DNA from: Verrucomicrobiota bacterium | Lineage (GTDB): Bacteria > Verrucomicrobiota > Verrucomicrobiia > Limisphaerales > Pedosphaeraceae | Length of the DNA: 64,000 nucleotides | NCBI GenBank assembly: GCA_021325145.1 | Contig: JAJPHR010000074.1 | Location: forward strand, 1,873 to 65,872 | Reading direction: 5' to 3' | In this document: one piece after another, positions 42,498-52,174 of the stretch | How the letters are laid out: every line of letters starts with the position of its first letter | Numbering within the stretch: position 1 is the first letter of the stretch | Notes under the pieces: model-generated | Database searches by the model: none | Seen by the model: only the letters and a program-made list of their open reading frames with translations | What the model was told of the DNA's origin: nothing | Program-made: the position numbers and the translations under genes

Positions 42498-44015
42498 TCA
42501 CAGCAATGAATCCGCCAATCGCGCAATGCGTTGGAGCGGGCGCGTCAGCCAATGGCGGCGCTGCCATTCCTCGCAGGTGAGTTGACGACTGTTGGCAAAG
42601 TAACGTTCCTGAATCTCGCGCAGATTGGCCACCACCTGCCGGTCGTAAATCAGCAGGTTGAATTCGGCATTTAGCGCGAACGAGCGGATGTCGATGTTGG
42701 TGGAGCCGATGAGCACGATGTCATTGTCGATGCTGAGATGCTTGGCGTGGAGGAAACGCGGCTGGTAGAGGTGGATCCGCACACCTGCTTCGAGCAACTC
42801 GTCGTAGAAGGAGCGTTGCGCCGCTTGCGTGACGCGGTGGTTGACGTGTTCGGAAAGCACGATATCGACGGCGACGCCACGCAGGACGGCGGAACGGACG
42901 GCTTGCAGAAACGGTTCGTCGGGGACGAAATAGGGCGTGGTGATAATGACACGTTCGGCGGCGGTGTAGAGCAAGTCCACCATCAACTCGTGTCCGTTTT
43001 CACGCTGATAACCCGGGCCGCTCGGAACGGCCTGGGCGATGGATTCCCCGCAAGGCTTGATGTCGGGGAAGAATCCCGCCTCCTCGAATTGGCTGCCGGT
43101 TTCGAAGTAGTGGTCGGCCAGGAAAACCGCTTGCAATTGCACCACCGCCGGACCGGTGATGCGGAGCATCAGCTCTTCATTGGGAAAGCCGGGAACGAAT
43201 TTCGGGTCCACGATATTCTGCGAACCGACGTAACCGATGCGGCCATCGATAATCGCGACCTTGCGATGGTTGCGTAAATCAAACCGGGCGGCGTTATGAC
43301 GCCAGGGGCCGACCGGAAGCAAGGCCTCAACCTGGATTTTGTTGGCGCGCATCCACGGAGCGAGTCGCCGCAGCGCGGGTTTGGAGCCAACCGCATCCAT
43401 TAACACACGGCAAGTCACGCCGCGTTTGGCCGCGCGCACGAGAGCCTCGGCCACGCGTCGGCCGGTGCTGTCGTTGCCGTAGATGTAGTAGAGCAGGTGA
43501 ACGTGATGGCTGGCGTCGTCGATATCGGCCAGCAACCGGTTGATCGCACCGTCATAATCCGCCAGAAGTTCGATGCGATTTCCACCGAACGGCTCGAAGT
43601 CGCCCAACCGCGTCGCCAGCGTAACAATCGATGCCAGGTTCGGCGGCAACTCCGGCCGGGCGAAGGCCCGCGGTCCAACCAGCGCCTGGACCCGGCGGAT
43701 TTCACGCGAAGCGCGCGCCTGCCGTTCCAGGCGGCGTTTAGGAACGTAGATCCGCCCAAAAAGCGCGTATAAAATCAGCCCCGGCCAGGGCAGCAGAAAA
43801 ATGAGCAGCAGCCAGGTTCGGGAAGCGGCGGCGCTGCGGCGCTGCGGCACGTACACCAACATCACCAGCCGAATCAGCCAGGCGCTGATAAGATAAATCA
43901 GGCTCCAATGAATCAACTTGAGGTGGAACTTAGCCCGTTGGAGGCCTTCTCGTCCATGGATTTTCCGGCCGCGCTGTAACCGTCCAGGGAGTTGTGCCAA
44001 TCTCCCTAAACGCAA
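42498..44015 (-). CDS. cls: Cardiolipin synthase (phospholipase-D superfamily, two HKD motifs), 505 aa.
   Basis: N-terminal TM helices. HKD motifs HRKVAIIDGRIGYVGSQNI and HAKHLSIDNDIVLIGSTNIDIRS. Confidence 0.9.
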   Translation of the reverse strand: MRLGRLAQLPGRLQRGRKIHGREGLQRAKFHLKLIHWSLIYLISAWLIRLVMLVYVPQRRSAAASRTWLLLIFLLPWPGLILYALFGRIYVPKRRLERQARASREIRRVQALVGPRAFARPELPPNLASIVTLATRLGDFEPFGGNRIELLADYDGAINRLLADIDDASHHVHLLYYIYGNDSTGRRVAEALVRAAKRGVTCRVLMDAVGSKPALRRLAPWMRANKIQVEALLPVGPWRHNAARFDLRNHRKVAIIDGRIGYVGSQNIVDPKFVPGFPNEELMLRITGPAVVQLQAVFLADHYFETGSQFEEAGFFPDIKPCGESIAQAVPSGPGYQRENGHELMVDLLYTAAERVIITTPYFVPDEPFLQAVRSAVLRGVAVDIVLSEHVNHRVTQAAQRSFYDELLEAGVRIHLYQPRFLHAKHLSIDNDIVLIGSTNIDIRSFALNAEFNLLIYDRQVVANLREIQERYFANSRQLTCEEWQRRHWLTRPLQRIARLADSLL

Positions 44016-44085
44016 CCGACTGTTGCGAAAACCTCTTTACAACCTGCCGCGGCGCAGGCTATGATTGGTCAACAGTCAAACATTT

Positions 44086-44526
44086 ATGCGTAAATCTCTC
44101 TCACTCCTGGGTGCAGTCGCCCTGATGGCTTTATTAGGCGTTGGTTGTGCCGGTCCAGAACAAAAAATGGGCCGGGGTCTCGCTAATATGACGGAAATCG
44201 CTCGTGGCAATGAGTTTCAGCGTTCCGTCGAACAAGGCGCTCTCTTTGAAGGAACGGATACCGGCTTCCTGACCGGAACAGTCCGCGGCTTTGACCGCAC
44301 CATGGCCCGGACCGGCCTTGGAATCTATGAGGTCGTCACCGCTCCGCTGCCTCCCTATCATCCCATCTGGACCAGTTACCTGAGTCCGCGTCCGCTTTAT
44401 CCGGACAGCTATCATCCGAGCAAGTGGGCCGACTCGATGTTCGATACCGACCATTCCTTCGGGTTTAGTGGCGGCGACGTGGCGCCCTGGTTCCCCGGCA
44501 GCCGGTTCCGGATCTTCGACAATTAA
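44086..44526 (+). CDS. Small lipoprotein resembling the exosortase-system-associated TIGR04073 family, about 146 aa.
   Basis: Lipobox LGVGC. Motif K-M-G-R-G-L-A-N-x-x-E-I-x-R-G with a second RTGLGIYEV repeat. The assignment is from memory of the family consensus and was not searched. Confidence 0.45.
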   Translation: MRKSLSLLGAVALMALLGVGCAGPEQKMGRGLANMTEIARGNEFQRSVEQGALFEGTDTGFLTGTVRGFDRTMARTGLGIYEVVTAPLPPYHPIWTSYLSPRPLYPDSYHPSKWADSMFDTDHSFGFSGGDVAPWFPGSRFRIFDN

Positions 44527-44577
44527 GAGTGCATTTTTTTCCTCAAGCGCCAACCTTCTTGTGTTGGCGCTTTTTTT

Positions 44578-45456
44578 ATGTCCCGAACCCTGCAAAAGCA
44601 GTCTCCCTGCAAAGTCAATCTGCTGCTTAACATCCTGGGCAAGCGCCCGGATGGATTTCACGAATTGGAAACCGTGATGCAGCCGGTCAACTTTTGTGAT
44701 GAACTGCACTTTGCCCGTTCCGGCCAGGCCATTCAACTCACCTGCAGCGATCCCAGCCTGCCCGTTGATTCCCGGAACCTGGTCCATCGCGCCGCCGCCG
44801 CCTTTATGGAAGCCGCCGGAATCCAGGAAGGCGTGCAAATCCATCTCGAAAAGAAGATTCCCCAAGCTGCGGGTTTGGGCGGCGGCAGCGGCAATGCCGC
44901 GACGACTCTGTTGGGCTTAAACGAGCTGTTTGACGGCCCGCTCCCGGGCAAAAAACTGCACTCCATCGCCGCCGTGCTGGGCTCCGACATTCCTTTCTTC
45001 CTGCAAACCAAACCGGCTTTGGCCACCGGACGAGGCGAGCAGATCGCGCCGCTGGATTTTTTTCCGGCCTTGCGCGGCACAATGCTGGTGCTGGTCCATC
45101 CCGGATTCGGCATCTCCACGGCCTGGTCGTACCAGAATCTGGCGAGATTCCCGGACGCTCTGAACGGCAAGCCGGGCCGGGCCCGGAAACTCGTCGAACT
45201 GCTTCAAACCAAAACCCTCACAGAGGCGGCTTCTGAGTTTTACAATTCGTTGGAGGCTCCAGCATTGGAGAAATATCCGTTCTTGGCGCTGCTTCAGGAA
45301 TTCTTTCGCGCCCATGGCGTCGCCGCCACGCTCATGTCCGGAAGCGGTTCGACGACATTTGCCATCGCCCACGATCACGCCACGGCAGAACGGTTGACCG
45401 CCAAACTCAAACCCAAATTTGGCGAAAACACCTGGACCGCCATCGTCCCGCTTTGA
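44578..45456 (+). CDS. ispE: 4-diphosphocytidyl-2-C-methyl-D-erythritol kinase (MEP pathway).
   Basis: GHMP kinase motif IPQAAGLGGGSGNAATTLLGL. N-terminal KVNLLLNILGKRPDGFHELETV, typical of IspE. Length 292 aa. Confidence 0.9.
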   Translation: MSRTLQKQSPCKVNLLLNILGKRPDGFHELETVMQPVNFCDELHFARSGQAIQLTCSDPSLPVDSRNLVHRAAAAFMEAAGIQEGVQIHLEKKIPQAAGLGGGSGNAATTLLGLNELFDGPLPGKKLHSIAAVLGSDIPFFLQTKPALATGRGEQIAPLDFFPALRGTMLVLVHPGFGISTAWSYQNLARFPDALNGKPGRARKLVELLQTKTLTEAASEFYNSLEAPALEKYPFLALLQEFFRAHGVAATLMSGSGSTTFAIAHDHATAERLTAKLKPKFGENTWTAIVPL

Positions 45457-45577
45457 GCCTGCGCGATTTGGACCCTGGAATTTGATGTTTCCCTGGCGCT
45501 TGGCGCCTGGCGTTCGGAGCTTTCTCAAACGCTTTCCCGCTTGCCCCCTCCCGCTGCTTTCCCTTAGCTTCTAAGCG

Positions 45578-47047
45578 ATGGCAAAAGTCCTGTTGGTGGA
45601 TGATGAATTGACCATGGTTCAAATGGTCACCGAAATGCTCCGCTCCGAGGGGCACGAAGTCTTCCCCTTTACCAATTCCAAGGACGCCCTTGCCGCGCTC
45701 GAAACCCATCTCCCGGAAGTCGTGGTCACGGACCTATATCTCGACAAAACCCGCGCCCACGGCCTGGAGATCCTTCAGAAAGCCCGCTCGATCACGCCCC
45801 CGGCCAGCGTCATTGTCATCACCGCTTTTGGCTCCATCGAAACCGCCGTCGAAGCCATGAAAAGCGGCGCGTATGATTACTTGGAAAAGCCCTTCAAACT
45901 GGATGAGCTGAACCTCTGCATCCAGCGCGCCCTTTCCTACAACGAAGCCATTTCGGAAAATCTTTACCTCCGCAAACAGCTTCGCAAGAAATACCAGTTC
46001 AGCCAGATCATCGGCACTTCGCCCAAGATGCAGGCCGTCTTCAAGATGGTCGAACGCGTCGCCGACACGGACAGCACCATTCTCATTTTGGGCGAAAGTG
46101 GCACCGGCAAGGAACTGGTCGCCCGCGCCCTGCACTTCAACAGCCGGCGTCAGTTCGCACCCTTCATTCCCGTCAATTGCTCCGCCCTCCCCGAAAACCT
46201 TCTCGAGTCCGAGCTATTCGGCCATCGTAAAGGCTCCTTTACTGGTGCGGTCACTGATAAAAAAGGTCTGTTCCACGAGGCCGATGGCGGCACGATCTTT
46301 CTCGACGAAGTCGGGTCCATGTCCGCGATGCTGCAGAGCCGTCTTCTCCGCGTCTTGCAGGAACGCGAGGTCCGCCGCATTGGCGACAACACGCCCACGT
46401 ACATCAACGTTCGCGTCCTCGCCGCCACCAACGAGCCGCTCGAAAAGAAGATCAAGGAAGGCTCGTTCCGCGAAGACCTCTATTACCGTCTGAACGTCAT
46501 CGCCATCACGCTGCCGAGCCTGCGCGAACGCGGCGAGGACATTCCCTTGCTTGTGGCCCATTTCCTGAAAAACAAGATCAACCCGCGCACCGGCCATCCC
46601 GTTCAGATCACCCGCCAGGCCATGGAAGTCCTCAGCGCGCACAATTGGCCCGGCAACGTGCGCGAACTCGAAAATGCCATCGAACGCGCGGCCACCCTCT
46701 GCGAGGACAACGTCATCCAGGTGAACGATCTTCCTCCCAGCCTGGTGCGCAATCTGCCGTTGTCCAGCACCGTCATCCAGGCTCAGCCTGCCGACATTGC
46801 CCAGCTTCCCGTCACTGGGGAACCTTCCCCGAGCCTTTATCCCCTCCAGGGCGCCCACGCGCCCGCTTCCGCCGGGGGCCAACCCGCGTCGCAATCCGAT
46901 ATTCCGCTCAAGGATTACCTCCGCGAGCAGGAGGTTGCCTATCTCAACCGCACGCTCGCTCAAACCGGCGGCGACAAGGAGAAAGCCGCCCTCATCCTCG
47001 GCATCAGTCTCGCGACTCTTTACCGCAAGCTCTCCGAAGAAGGATGA
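45578..47047 (+). CDS. NtrC-family sigma-54-dependent response regulator (REC + AAA+ + Fis HTH), 489 aa.
   Basis: REC domain with D54-equivalent (VVVTDLYLDK). GESGTGKE, ESELFGH, GAFTGA. C-terminal HTH KEKAALILGISLATLYRKL. Confidence 0.9.
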   Translation: MAKVLLVDDELTMVQMVTEMLRSEGHEVFPFTNSKDALAALETHLPEVVVTDLYLDKTRAHGLEILQKARSITPPASVIVITAFGSIETAVEAMKSGAYDYLEKPFKLDELNLCIQRALSYNEAISENLYLRKQLRKKYQFSQIIGTSPKMQAVFKMVERVADTDSTILILGESGTGKELVARALHFNSRRQFAPFIPVNCSALPENLLESELFGHRKGSFTGAVTDKKGLFHEADGGTIFLDEVGSMSAMLQSRLLRVLQEREVRRIGDNTPTYINVRVLAATNEPLEKKIKEGSFREDLYYRLNVIAITLPSLRERGEDIPLLVAHFLKNKINPRTGHPVQITRQAMEVLSAHNWPGNVRELENAIERAATLCEDNVIQVNDLPPSLVRNLPLSSTVIQAQPADIAQLPVTGEPSPSLYPLQGAHAPASAGGQPASQSDIPLKDYLREQEVAYLNRTLAQTGGDKEKAALILGISLATLYRKLSEEG

Positions 47048-47200
47048 GCTGGGAGCCGCGTGCTCCATGGGGGGCGCACCCCGGTTTTTTGGATCCTCGC
47101 GGGGTAAACCACCCAATTGCGTCCCGTTAACATCGAAGTTTTGTTGCCATAGGTAAGTAGTACGCTGCCTGTGGCTCCCAGGCGGCCCAAAGGAGGCAGA

Positions 47201-47398
47201 ATGAAATTAATCGTCTTAATACTTGGCGTGCTCACCCTGGTTGCCACCGCTGGATGCGAATCAGGCCACGAAGGCTACAGGAACAGTGGCGGTTACGGCT
47301 ACGGTGACGAACGCGGCACCGCTTATGGCCAGGGTTACCAAACCTATCCAAACCCGGAGTACGAGCAAAAATACGAGGACCATGAATGGCACCGCTGA
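47201..47398 (+). CDS. Tiny lipoprotein (65 aa) with Gly/Tyr/acidic/His-rich mature peptide (copy 1 of tandem pair).
   Basis: Strong SD AAAGGAGGCAGA then ATG. Lipobox LVATAGC. Mature part CESGHEGYRNSGGYGYGDERGTAYGQGYQTYPNPEYEQKYEDHEWHR. Confidence 0.7.
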   Translation: MKLIVLILGVLTLVATAGCESGHEGYRNSGGYGYGDERGTAYGQGYQTYPNPEYEQKYEDHEWHR

Positions 47399-47594
47399 TT
47401 CTCGGGAGGGCGGAAAGCCGGCAAGGCAGGGACATCGCGCTGCAATGTCCCTGCCCGCGTTTCGGCGGGCGGAACGCGCTGGCCGAGGCGCGCGATTGCA
47501 GGCCATTCGTTGTTCCCTTGCCTGACGCTGCGCTTCCGTCTTCGCTCGGAAGCTACGGCGAGACAAGCGGCGTAGCGTGATGAAATGCGCTCTT

Positions 47595-47612
47595 GTCACC
47601 AGAACTGGTGAC
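47595..47612. promoter_or_regulatory. Inverted repeat GTCACCAG-aa-CTGGTGAC (8-bp arms, 2-nt spacer) within the conserved 3' element of repeat unit 1.
   Basis: Read directly from sequence. A conserved counterpart lies at 48132-48149 in unit 2. Confidence 0.5.
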
Positions 47613-47687
47613 TGGATCAGGACGGCTTTCGTGGTAGAGTAGCGGTGTTGTTGCTGCACTTTGTTCTCAAGTGTGCCACGTGTGAAA

Positions 47688-47719
47688 AGGCCGGACCCGT
47701 TGTCCGGCCCTTCTTTTTT
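47688..47719 (+). terminator. Rho-independent terminator GGCCGGACCCgttGTCCGGCCC + TTCTTTTTT ending repeat unit 1.
   Basis: GC-rich 9-10 bp stem, 3-4 nt loop and a U-run. It is duplicated, with one substitution, at 48226-48257. Confidence 0.7.
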
Positions 47720-47830
47720 CCAGCTTTCCCCGGTAAATCACCCAATTGAACCGGGGTCATTTCTGCGTTTTATTTGTATCAAGAAAGTAATGCTGCTTGC
47801 GACTCCCGAGCGGCGCAAAGGAGGCAAAAA

Positions 47831-48013
47831 ATGAGATTGATCGTTTTAATTCTCGGTGTGGCCACCCTGATCGCCACTGCTGGATGTGAGTCGGAGCACG
47901 AAGAGCACAGGGAGCGTGGCGGCTACGGATATGGAGATAATGGCTACGGATATGGCCACCACGACCACGACGATTACCATGGATACGGACACGAACATGA
48001 TTGGGACCACTGA
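47831..48013 (+). CDS. Tiny lipoprotein (60 aa), paralog of 47201..47398 (copy 2). Mature peptide CESEHEEHRERGGYGYGDNGYGYGHHDHDDYHGYGHEHDWDH.
   Basis: Strong SD AAAGGAGGCAAAAA then ATG. Lipobox LIATAGC. Its His/Asp/Gly/Tyr-rich tail and upstream and downstream flanks are homologous to unit 1. Confidence 0.7.
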   Translation: MRLIVLILGVATLIATAGCESEHEEHRERGGYGYGDNGYGYGHHDHDDYHGYGHEHDWDH

Positions 48014-48131
48014 GTAAATGGGGTTTTGCGGGCCAGACCAATCAAGCCTTCCACCCCGCCCTGCGGCCGGTTTAGCGTCGCAATGACGCGGGATGGAAGC
48101 GTGGAATCCGTTAATGTCCGAAACGCGCCTT

Positions 48132-48149
48132 GTCACCAGTACTGGTGAC
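48132..48149. promoter_or_regulatory. Perfect 18-bp palindrome GTCACCAGTACTGGTGAC in repeat unit 2 (counterpart of 47595-47612).
   Basis: Read directly from sequence. Confidence 0.5.
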
Positions 48150-48225
48150 TGGCGCGGAATGGCCTTCATGATAATCTAATACCGTTGTTGCTGCACTTTG
48201 TTCTCAAGTGCGCCACGTGTGAAAA

Positions 48226-48257
48226 GGCCGGACCTGTTGTCCGGCCCTTCTTTTTTT
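48226..48257 (+). terminator. Rho-independent terminator GGCCGGACCtgttGTCCGGCCC + TTCTTTTTTT ending repeat unit 2.
   Basis: Same architecture as 47688-47719. Confidence 0.7.
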
Positions 48258-48625
48258 ACCCCTTCCAAGCTCTCGCTCACCAGGTTCTCTCTCAACTCAC
48301 CTGCGTTAAGCTGCCTGCGTTTTATAGCTTCCTCGAGCAATTGGTTTTCTGGGTGCTCCTTTCGGCCACCTTCGCCTGACGTCGATATCTGCCAAAATCG
48401 GACTCAAAGGCGTGGATTCGGACTTCGAGACGCTGGTCCGCACCGCCGTGATCTTAAATAATGCCGTTTCACAAACACGAGGATCTGTTTTGCTTGACAC
48501 ACCTCAGTCTTCGTGTGTAGTAGCTCTCTCTATCAGGTAACACCTACACCAATCTCAGCTTTCCGCTGTGGCGAAGCATTTTGGTGTTCCGTTTTGGAAT
48601 CAGAAGTTGGCCGACTGAATGAACT

Positions 48626-50899
48626 ATGAAAACATCAGGATTAATGCTTGCCAGTGCCGCCGTGTGCGGCCTGCTCACTGCTGTAAACCCCGCCTTTGCT
48701 CAAGGGACGGCCTTCGCCTACCAGGGACGGCTCCAAAACAATGGCAGCCCGGCCAATGGCATGTATAACCTGACGTTCTCGCTGTTCACCACTGGCAGCG
48801 GAGGAGCGGCGATAGCCGGGCCGGTGACGAACAATGGTGTCTTCATTACCAACGGTCTGTTCACCGCAACGATGGATTTTGGCTCAAATGTTTGGAACGG
48901 CGCGACCAATTGGCTGCAGATTAGCGTGGCGACCAACGGAGTCAGCAGCTTCAGCCCTTTGACACCGCGTCAGCAGTTGATGCCTGTGCCTTATGCGATG
49001 TTCGCCGAGTCAGTTGGCAGTTTTAGCGGGACCGTGCCGTCCGGCGCGCTGGCCGGAACGTATTCCAGCGCCATCACGTTGAACAACGCCGCCAACAGCT
49101 TCATTGGCAATGGAGCCGGGTTGACTGGCGTCAATGCACTGACGCTCGGCGGTTTCGGGTCCTGCAACCTGCCCTGCTACTGGAATTTGACAGGCAATGC
49201 AGGCACAATGGCCGGGCTGAACTTTGTGGGAACGACCGACAACCAGCCACTCGAAATGCACGTCAACAACCTCCGTGCCATGCGATATGAATTCGGCGGT
49301 ATCTCAGCTTACGCGGCTTCACTTGGCTACAGCGTTCCAAACGGCGCTCCCAATATTATCGGCGGCTCTCCAGCCAATGCGGCAGCGCCAGGCGCCGTAG
49401 GCGTGGTCATCGCAGGCGGCGGCGCTACGAATTATCTGGGCCTTGGTTCCTACACCAATTGCGTGTCGGCGGATTTTGGCGTGATCGGCGGCGGGGGCGG
49501 CAACCAGATTCAGACTGGTGCTTTTGGCTCGATCGTTGGTGGCGGTTTTTTCAACGCTGTGAGCGGGACGAACTCTTCGATTGCGGGTGGATATTCCAAT
49601 TTCGTGGCCAGTGTAGGTGAGTTTATTGGCGGAGGGTTGCAAAACAGCATTAACCCATTGTCAACCGGCAATGGCTATGGCTCTACCATCGGCGGCGGCC
49701 TCAACAACACGATTCAGGACGGTTTCCCCTTTTTCGCCAGTTCGAACTATTTTATTGGTCGAAACACGGTCGGCGGCGGCGGCGGCAACATCATTAGAGG
49801 CGGCGGTGATGGCGGGGCGAATGGCAACACCATCGCCGGTGGAGAAAACAACGCCATATTTTCTGGCGCTGCGGGGACCGGCGATAACACGATCAGTGGC
49901 GGGGCGCAGAACATAATGGGCGCACCCGATGGCGGAGCCAGCGCCTGTGTTATTGGCGGAGGTTTTGGCAATCTCATCGCGGCCGGGGAGTCGTATTACG
50001 CCTGCACAATCGCGGGCGGCTATAGCAATACCATCGGAGATTTTCTTAGCGTCTTTGAACAATGCACGGTGGGAGGCGGCGCAAATAACTTTGCGAATGG
50101 CAACGGAACAACGATAGCCGGCGGGACTGGAAACACAATTCAGGCTTCTGGTGGGAACACCCTTGGTTCCACCATTAGCGGTGGTGACACCAACCTCATT
50201 ACCGACAGCGACTACGCCAGCATTGGCGGAGGGCGCGGCAATGCGGTGGCTGGCGACTTCGCCACCATTCCGGGCGGGCAGAACAATCTGGCGACCAATT
50301 CAGCCTTCGCTGCCGGGCACCGCGCCAAAGCGGTCCAGACGGGCTCATTCGTCTGGGCAGACTCGACGGACCGCGATTACAATCCGTATTCCTATTCGAA
50401 GCCGGGCGGAGGCACCAATTCCTTCAACGTCCGCGCCACCGGTGGGGTTTACCTCGCGACGGCGGTGGATGCTTCCACGGGTCAACCCACCTCAGGCGTC
50501 TATGTATCGGCCGGCGGTTCGGGTTGGAACTCCTACAGTGACCGGAATGCGAAAACGAACTTTGCCGCAGTGAATGGGAGCGACATCCTCAACCGCTTCG
50601 CCACCATCCCCATTTTGAGTTGGAATTACAAAAGCCAGGGCCCGGATGTCCGCCATCTTGGGCCGATGGCGCAAGATTTTAATGCCGCGTTCGAGGTGGG
50701 AGACGCGGATAAAGCGGGTGAAAAGAAGTTCATCAATTCCCTGGACATCGATGGTGTGGCGCTGGCGGCCATCCAAGGCTTGAATCAGAAGTTGGACGAA
50801 AAGGACGCGGAAATTCGTCAGCTCAAATCGCAAAACGAAACTTTCGAGAAACGGCTGGCTGCTTTGGAAAAGCTGGCCAAATCGCCCGCTGACCAATAA
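48626..50899 (+). CDS. Secreted tail-fibre-like beta-helix protein with Gly-rich (GG/GGG) repeats and a C-terminal S74 intramolecular-chaperone domain, 757 aa. Paralog of 23836..26145.
   Basis: Signal peptide MKTSGLMLASAAVCGLLTAVNPAFAQG. The N-terminus is homologous to the paralog (QGTAFAYQGRLQNNGSPANGMYNLTFSLF). C-terminal SDRNAK (50537-) ...ILSWNYK...RHLGPMAQDF...GVALAAIQGLNQKL plus a coiled coil. Confidence 0.8.
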   Translation: MKTSGLMLASAAVCGLLTAVNPAFAQGTAFAYQGRLQNNGSPANGMYNLTFSLFTTGSGGAAIAGPVTNNGVFITNGLFTATMDFGSNVWNGATNWLQISVATNGVSSFSPLTPRQQLMPVPYAMFAESVGSFSGTVPSGALAGTYSSAITLNNAANSFIGNGAGLTGVNALTLGGFGSCNLPCYWNLTGNAGTMAGLNFVGTTDNQPLEMHVNNLRAMRYEFGGISAYAASLGYSVPNGAPNIIGGSPANAAAPGAVGVVIAGGGATNYLGLGSYTNCVSADFGVIGGGGGNQIQTGAFGSIVGGGFFNAVSGTNSSIAGGYSNFVASVGEFIGGGLQNSINPLSTGNGYGSTIGGGLNNTIQDGFPFFASSNYFIGRNTVGGGGGNIIRGGGDGGANGNTIAGGENNAIFSGAAGTGDNTISGGAQNIMGAPDGGASACVIGGGFGNLIAAGESYYACTIAGGYSNTIGDFLSVFEQCTVGGGANNFANGNGTTIAGGTGNTIQASGGNTLGSTISGGDTNLITDSDYASIGGGRGNAVAGDFATIPGGQNNLATNSAFAAGHRAKAVQTGSFVWADSTDRDYNPYSYSKPGGGTNSFNVRATGGVYLATAVDASTGQPTSGVYVSAGGSGWNSYSDRNAKTNFAAVNGSDILNRFATIPILSWNYKSQGPDVRHLGPMAQDFNAAFEVGDADKAGEKKFINSLDIDGVALAAIQGLNQKLDEKDAEIRQLKSQNETFEKRLAALEKLAKSPADQ

Positions 50900-50957
50900 T
50901 GACAAATCCGTAATCGGGAAAAACCTTCACAACGCGCCGGAAACCGGTTAGTCTTAA

Positions 50958-51644
50958 GTGTCAATGGTCAGATTGGTGTTGTTCGATATCGACGGAACGT
51001 TGATTCATACGGATGGAGCCGGAGTGAAGGCCTTTGGCCGTGCTCTGGCAATGGAATTCAAGGTGCCGGACGACACGAGTTGGACCAGCTTTGCCGGGCG
51101 CACTGATACCGCCATTGCCCGCGAATTTTTCCTCAAGTACCACATCGAACCGACGCAGGGCAATTTTCAGCGCTTCTTCGAGTGTTACACCCACTGGCTC
51201 GCGCACATGCTCTCACAATCGTCCGGTGAGATTTGCCCGGGAGTCTGGCGGCTAATTTACGAACTCCAACACCTGCCGAAACGCCCGGCCATCGGGCTTT
51301 TGACCGGCAACATCCGGCTGGGCGCGGAGATCAAGCTGCGGCGATTCAACTTGTGGGAATTTTTCCAAACCGGGGCTTTCGCCGATGACCACGAAGATCG
51401 CAATGAGATCGCCGCACTGGCGCGGGAACGCGGGTCGCGCTTGCTGCAGGAGGAATTGCGTGGCGACCAGGTAGTGGTGATTGGCGACACGCCATTGGAC
51501 ATTCGATGTGGCCGGGCGATCGGCGCCCGAGTGGTGGCCGTGGCTACGGGCAATTCAAGCCTCGCAGAACTGCGCGCACATAAACCCGACTGGGCGGTGA
51601 CGGACTTGGGGAAAGTTCGGGCGCGGGATTTGTGCTGCGTGTGA
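50958..51644 (+). CDS. HAD-superfamily hydrolase (phosphoglycolate-phosphatase-like subfamily IA), 228 aa.
   Basis: Motif I LVLFDIDGTL. A motif II Ser/Thr. A motif III/IV VIGDTPLD-like (VVVIGDTPLDIRCG). Confidence 0.8.
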   Translation: MSMVRLVLFDIDGTLIHTDGAGVKAFGRALAMEFKVPDDTSWTSFAGRTDTAIAREFFLKYHIEPTQGNFQRFFECYTHWLAHMLSQSSGEICPGVWRLIYELQHLPKRPAIGLLTGNIRLGAEIKLRRFNLWEFFQTGAFADDHEDRNEIAALARERGSRLLQEELRGDQVVVIGDTPLDIRCGRAIGARVVAVATGNSSLAELRAHKPDWAVTDLGKVRARDLCCV

Positions 51645-51709
51645 CCCAGTCCAGGCGTTACGCGACCGCCGGAGCATGGAGTCCCGCCTTTAGCCGGCAG
51701 CTTCCCGCT

Positions 51710-51934
51710 TTAATGCGAATGCGGCCGGCCCGTGCCGCACATGCCACAGGAACTAGGCGTTCCCGTGCAAGAAGGTTCGGACGCGGCACCGCCGCTGGAG
51801 GCGAACACGGAAAGCTTTTTCGAAAGCTTCGTTGAGCCGCAATGGGGACAGGGCGTTCCTTCCCATTGGGTGGAGCGAACCAGGATTTCGCTGTCCTTCC
51901 GGCACTTCTCACAATGAAATTCGTATAGCGGCAT
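51710..51934 (-). CDS. FmdB-family zinc-ribbon protein (putative regulatory), 74 aa.
   Basis: MPLYEFHCEKCRKDSEILV....CPHCGS matches the MPxYE[FY]xCxxC...CPxCG signature. Confidence 0.75.
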   Translation of the reverse strand: MPLYEFHCEKCRKDSEILVRSTQWEGTPCPHCGSTKLSKKLSVFASSGGAASEPSCTGTPSSCGMCGTGRPHSH

Positions 51935-52174
51935 GCGGGAAGAATAATCGAGCGAAGGAAAAATTCAAGCCTCTGAAAGTCAATACCCGAACGAGGGACT
52001 CGATTACGTCACCAGGCTCTGACCGGTCCAATCGCGGGGCGGCCCGTTCTCTGCACGCCGCTGATCCGTACGCGCAACGCGGCGCGCACGGAGTGACGCG
52101 CCCCACCTCGCTGGCAACGACAGGAGAAAATTGCCGAAACCATATTGTGCGCCTATGACGAGGATCTGCTTCAC

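Noticed and set aside
46214-47116. Minus-strand 300-aa ORF overlapping the NtrC-like regulator
   Set aside because: The regulator on the + strand has REC, AAA+ and HTH signatures throughout. The antisense ORF is compositional.
47150-47200. Possible sigma-54 promoter upstream of the small lipoprotein genes (tGGCtc-N5-cgGCc)
   Set aside because: The -12 element is poor (CGGCC vs TTGCA), and the equivalent position in the duplicated unit (47780-47830) lacks the GG. Not supported.
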